NCBI RefSeq assembly: GCF_018350175.1
Contig: NC_058378.1
Location: forward strand, 48,608,001-48,672,000
Reading direction: 5' to 3'
Source of the DNA: Felis catus
Lineage: Eukaryota
Length of the DNA stretch: 64,000 nt
In this document: positions 61,324 through 64,000 of the stretch, in pieces
Layout: every line of letters starts with the position of its first letter
Numbering within the stretch: position 1 is the stretch's first letter
Translations under genes and position numbers: made by a program
Notes under the pieces: model-generated
Database searches by the model: none
Told to the model about the DNA's origin: nothing
The model's input: only the letters and a program-made list of their open reading frames with translations

Positions 61324-62715
61324 TTTTAATATAAAATTTTACTGAGGTAGCTATATGTTCACATGCAGTCTTAAGAAATAATACAGAGAGATCCCACGTA
61401 GTGTTAATATGATTTCCCCCAGTGGTGGCACTTTGCAAAACTATAGTATAATATCATAAACATGATATTGACATTGATACAATCCCCTAATCTCGTTCAT
61501 ATTTCACTAGCTTTTACTTTTACTTGTTTGTGTGTGTGTAGTTTCACACAATTTTATCACATGTATGCGTTTGTGTATTCACGACCAGGGTCAAAATACA
61601 GGACGGTTCCATCTGTTCTGGATCCAGTGTAGCCCTTTTATGACCACATCTACCTCCCTCCTCCGTCCCCTGTCTCTAACTCCAGGTGACCACCAATCTA
61701 TTCTCCACCCCTGTAATTTCATCTTTGTGAGCATGTTATAGAAATGTGATCATACAGCATGCAATTTTTGAGGATTGGCTGTTTTCATTCAGCATAATTC
61801 TCTTGAGACCCATCCAAGATGTTGCCTGTGTCAATAGTTGTTTCCTTCTTGTTGCTGAGTAATATATTCACGGTATGGATAAACCATGGTTTGTTTAACC
61901 ATTCATCCATTGAAGGGTATCTGGGCTCCTTCCAGTTTTTGACTATTCTGAATAAAGCTGCTTTGCACATTTGGATATGGGTTTTTACATGCACATACGT
62001 TTCCATTTCTCTGGAATAAATGCCCAAGAATGCAATTGTTGGGTTGTACGTTAGTTGTATGGTTAATTGGATGTGAAACTGCCAAAGTGTTTTTTCAGTG
62101 CCTATAACATTTTACATGTCTACAAGTAATGTAAGAGTGATGCAGTTTCCCCACAGCCTCTCCAGCATGTGGCGTTATCACCATCACTATTTTTCATTTT
62201 CACCATTCTGATAAATATGTAATGATTATCTCACTGTGGGTTTTAATTTCTATTTCCCTAATAACCAATAATGTTGAACATATTTTTATGTGTTAATTTG
62301 TCATCCGTATATACTCTTCGGTGAAATGTCTCTTCATATCCTTTGCCCATTTTCTAATTAGATTGTGGGGTTTTTACTGGTGTTTTGAGAGCGTTCTACA
62401 TTCTAGATATTAGCTCTTTATAAGATATGTGGTTTGCAAACATTTTTTCTCCAATATGTAGCTTGTCTTTTCATCTACACAGAGAAAAAGATTTTGTTTT
62501 GGGTGTGGTTCAGCGTGTAGTTTTCTTCTATTATGAGTCATGCATCTGGTGTCAAATGTAAGAACTCTTCCTCTATTCTTAGATCCTGAAGATTTTCTCC
62601 TCTGTTTCATTTTGTTTCGAAAGTTTTATATAAGTTTTCATTTAACTGAGATTCATTTTGAGTTAATTTTTGTATAAATGTGAGGTTTAGCTCCAGGTTC
62701 ATCTTGCAGTTTTGT
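61324..62715 (-). mobile_element. L1MC-type 3' fragment with (TTG)n tail at 61304-61323
   Basis: CACATGCAGTCTTAAGAAATAATACAGAGAGATCCC (antisense L1MC 3' end); minus ORF MGIYSREMETYVHVKTH...WKEPRYPSMDEW is the ORF2 C-terminus. Confidence 0.9.
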
Positions 62716-63150
62716 TCATTTGGATTTATCTATTTCTCCTTTCAGCTTTATCAGTTTTGCTTTATGTATTTTGAGGCTCCGTTGTTTGGTATGTACATAT
62801 TTAGTTTTGTTATGTCTTTCTGGTAGATTGCTATTTTTATTGCCTTGTAACCTTCCTATTTATCTCTAATACTTTTCTTGGTGCTGAAGTCTACTTTACC
62901 AGATATTAATATAGTCATTCTTTTTTATTAATATTTGCATGGCATATTTTCCTATCATTTTACTCTCATTCTACCTAAGGCAGTCATTGCAATTTAAGTC
63001 CATTTCTGGAAACAGCATTTACTTGGGTTATTATTTTATTCACTCTCTGAATCTCTCTCATCGATTAATGTGTTGATACCATTGATATTCAAAGTAAGTA
63101 TTGACAAATTAGCACTTAAATCCTCCATCATTTTATTATTTATTTTCTCT
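62716..63150 (-). mobile_element. L1 ORF2 endonuclease-region fragment
   Basis: GATTTATCTATTTCTCCTTTCAG...TTTATGTATTTTGAGGCTC...CTGAAGTCTACTTTACCAGATATTAATATAG. Confidence 0.8.
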
Positions 63151-63159
63151 TTGTTTCTT

Positions 63160-63620
63160 ATGGTCTGGATGTTTCTGTTAGGTGTTTTAGAATGAGACTT
63201 ACAGGGGAGCCTGGGAGGCTCAGTCAGTTGAGCCTCTGACTTCGGCTCAGGTCATGATCTCAGCTCAAGTCGTGATCTCACAGTTTGTGGGTTTGAGCCC
63301 AGCATTGGTCAGCTCAGAGCCTGGAGCCTGCTTCAGATTCTGTGTCTCCCTCTCTCTCTGCACCTCCCTCACGTGTGTTCTCTCTCTCAAATAAACATTA
63401 AAAAAATAGAGTAAGACATTTATATTAGTGGTCTTTGAGTAAGACAATTGCCCTCCATAATGTGGGTTGGCCTAATCCAGTCAGGTGAAGGCCTTAAGAG
63501 AACAAAAATCTGACCTCTCCAAGCAAGAGGGAAGTCTGCAGAAGGCCTTCAGACTTGAACTGCAACTTTGGCTCTTCGGTATCTCCAGCCTGCCAGCTTA
63601 CCCTGCAGATTTTGAACTTG
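63160..63620 (+). mobile_element. MLT2 LTR fragment interrupted by a SINE
   Basis: TCTGGATGTTTCTG...; TTGCCCTCCATAATGTGGGTTGGCCTAATCCAGTCAGGTGAAGGCCTTAAGAG...CTCCAGCCTGCCAGC. Confidence 0.85.
63204..63406 (+). mobile_element. felid-type SINEC with 18-bp internal duplication
   Basis: GCTCAGGTCATGATCTCA 63245-63262 / GCTCAAGTCGTGATCTCA 63263-63280; degenerate TSD TAGAATGAGAC / TAGAGTAAGAC. Confidence 0.92.
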
Positions 63621-63629
63621 AATAGATGT

Positions 63630-64000
63630 ATTGCCTCCGTTTATCATTCATCACTTGATACTTGTTTAAACTGTATTTTTTTTCTAATTTATCATGCGAT
63701 TCCTTTTTGACCTATTGATTATTTAAGAATATGTTGGTTAATTTAGACAAACTTGGGGATTTCTCTATTTTTGTTCTGTTATTGATTTCTAATTTCATTC
63801 CTTTGAGGTGGAGAAAATAATATGTATAATTGCAAGTCTTTTAAGTTTATAGACTTATTTTGTGGGCTGGCATATGGAAAATAGTCCATGTGCATTTATA
63901 TGTTGTACAGTAATTTTTTTCAAGGTGCATTTATTTGGTTTATGGTGTTATTCAAGTGTTGTATTTTGTTGTCGAACTTCTGCCCAGCTGTTCTATTCTT
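63630..64000 (-). mobile_element. L1 ORF2 endonuclease-region fragment, runs off the window end
   Basis: TTCTGTTATTGATTTCTAATTTCATTCC...GTCCATGTGCA... matches antisense L1M ORF2. Confidence 0.8.

Noticed and set aside
1-64000. The 60-185 aa ORFs of the six-frame track as protein-coding genes
   Set aside because: None resembles a cellular protein I recognise; many start at GTG/TTG, overlap on both strands, or are translations of SINE, L1 or microsatellite sequence. This is what non-coding mammalian DNA produces.
1-64000. Assigning the window to a named gene locus
   Set aside because: No exon or other landmark is recognisable; this needs a BLAST of the unique blocks.

Overview
Mammalian genomic DNA, almost certainly from a felid: it carries about 21 tRNA-derived carnivore SINEs, including the young cat-type SINEC_Fc, and carnivore L1 3' ends. 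The window is non-coding (intergenic or intronic). I recognise no protein-coding exon, functional RNA gene or CRISPR array, and the ORF track is explained by chance or by repeat translations. A large share is interspersed repeat: a near full-length ancient L1MC (about 7.6 kb, 36929-44547) carrying five SINEs, other L1M fragments, L2, MIR, MLT1/MLT2/LTR33-type solo LTRs and MER5 DNA transposons. There is one 138-N assembly gap. The most notable observations are: (i) a heavily decayed reverse-transcriptase fossil of a non-L1 LINE (RTE-X/L4-like) on the minus strand at about 12.2-13.5 kb, split by an ERVL LTR; (ii) two or three repeat-free blocks dense in homeodomain/SOX motifs that look like conserved developmental enhancers (8.2-8.95 kb, 34.4-35.3 kb, 54.3-54.7 kb); (iii) a 77-bp x3 minisatellite rich in CAATTG palindromes, born inside an L1 3' UTR; (iv) a 124-bp tandem duplication across an L1 junction; (v) a cluster of kappaB-like sites; (vi) nested and inverted SINE pairs. 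I found no convincing evidence of a new biological system. Repeat family names come from my recall of consensus sequences, not from a database search, and boundaries without target-site duplications (TSDs) are approximate.
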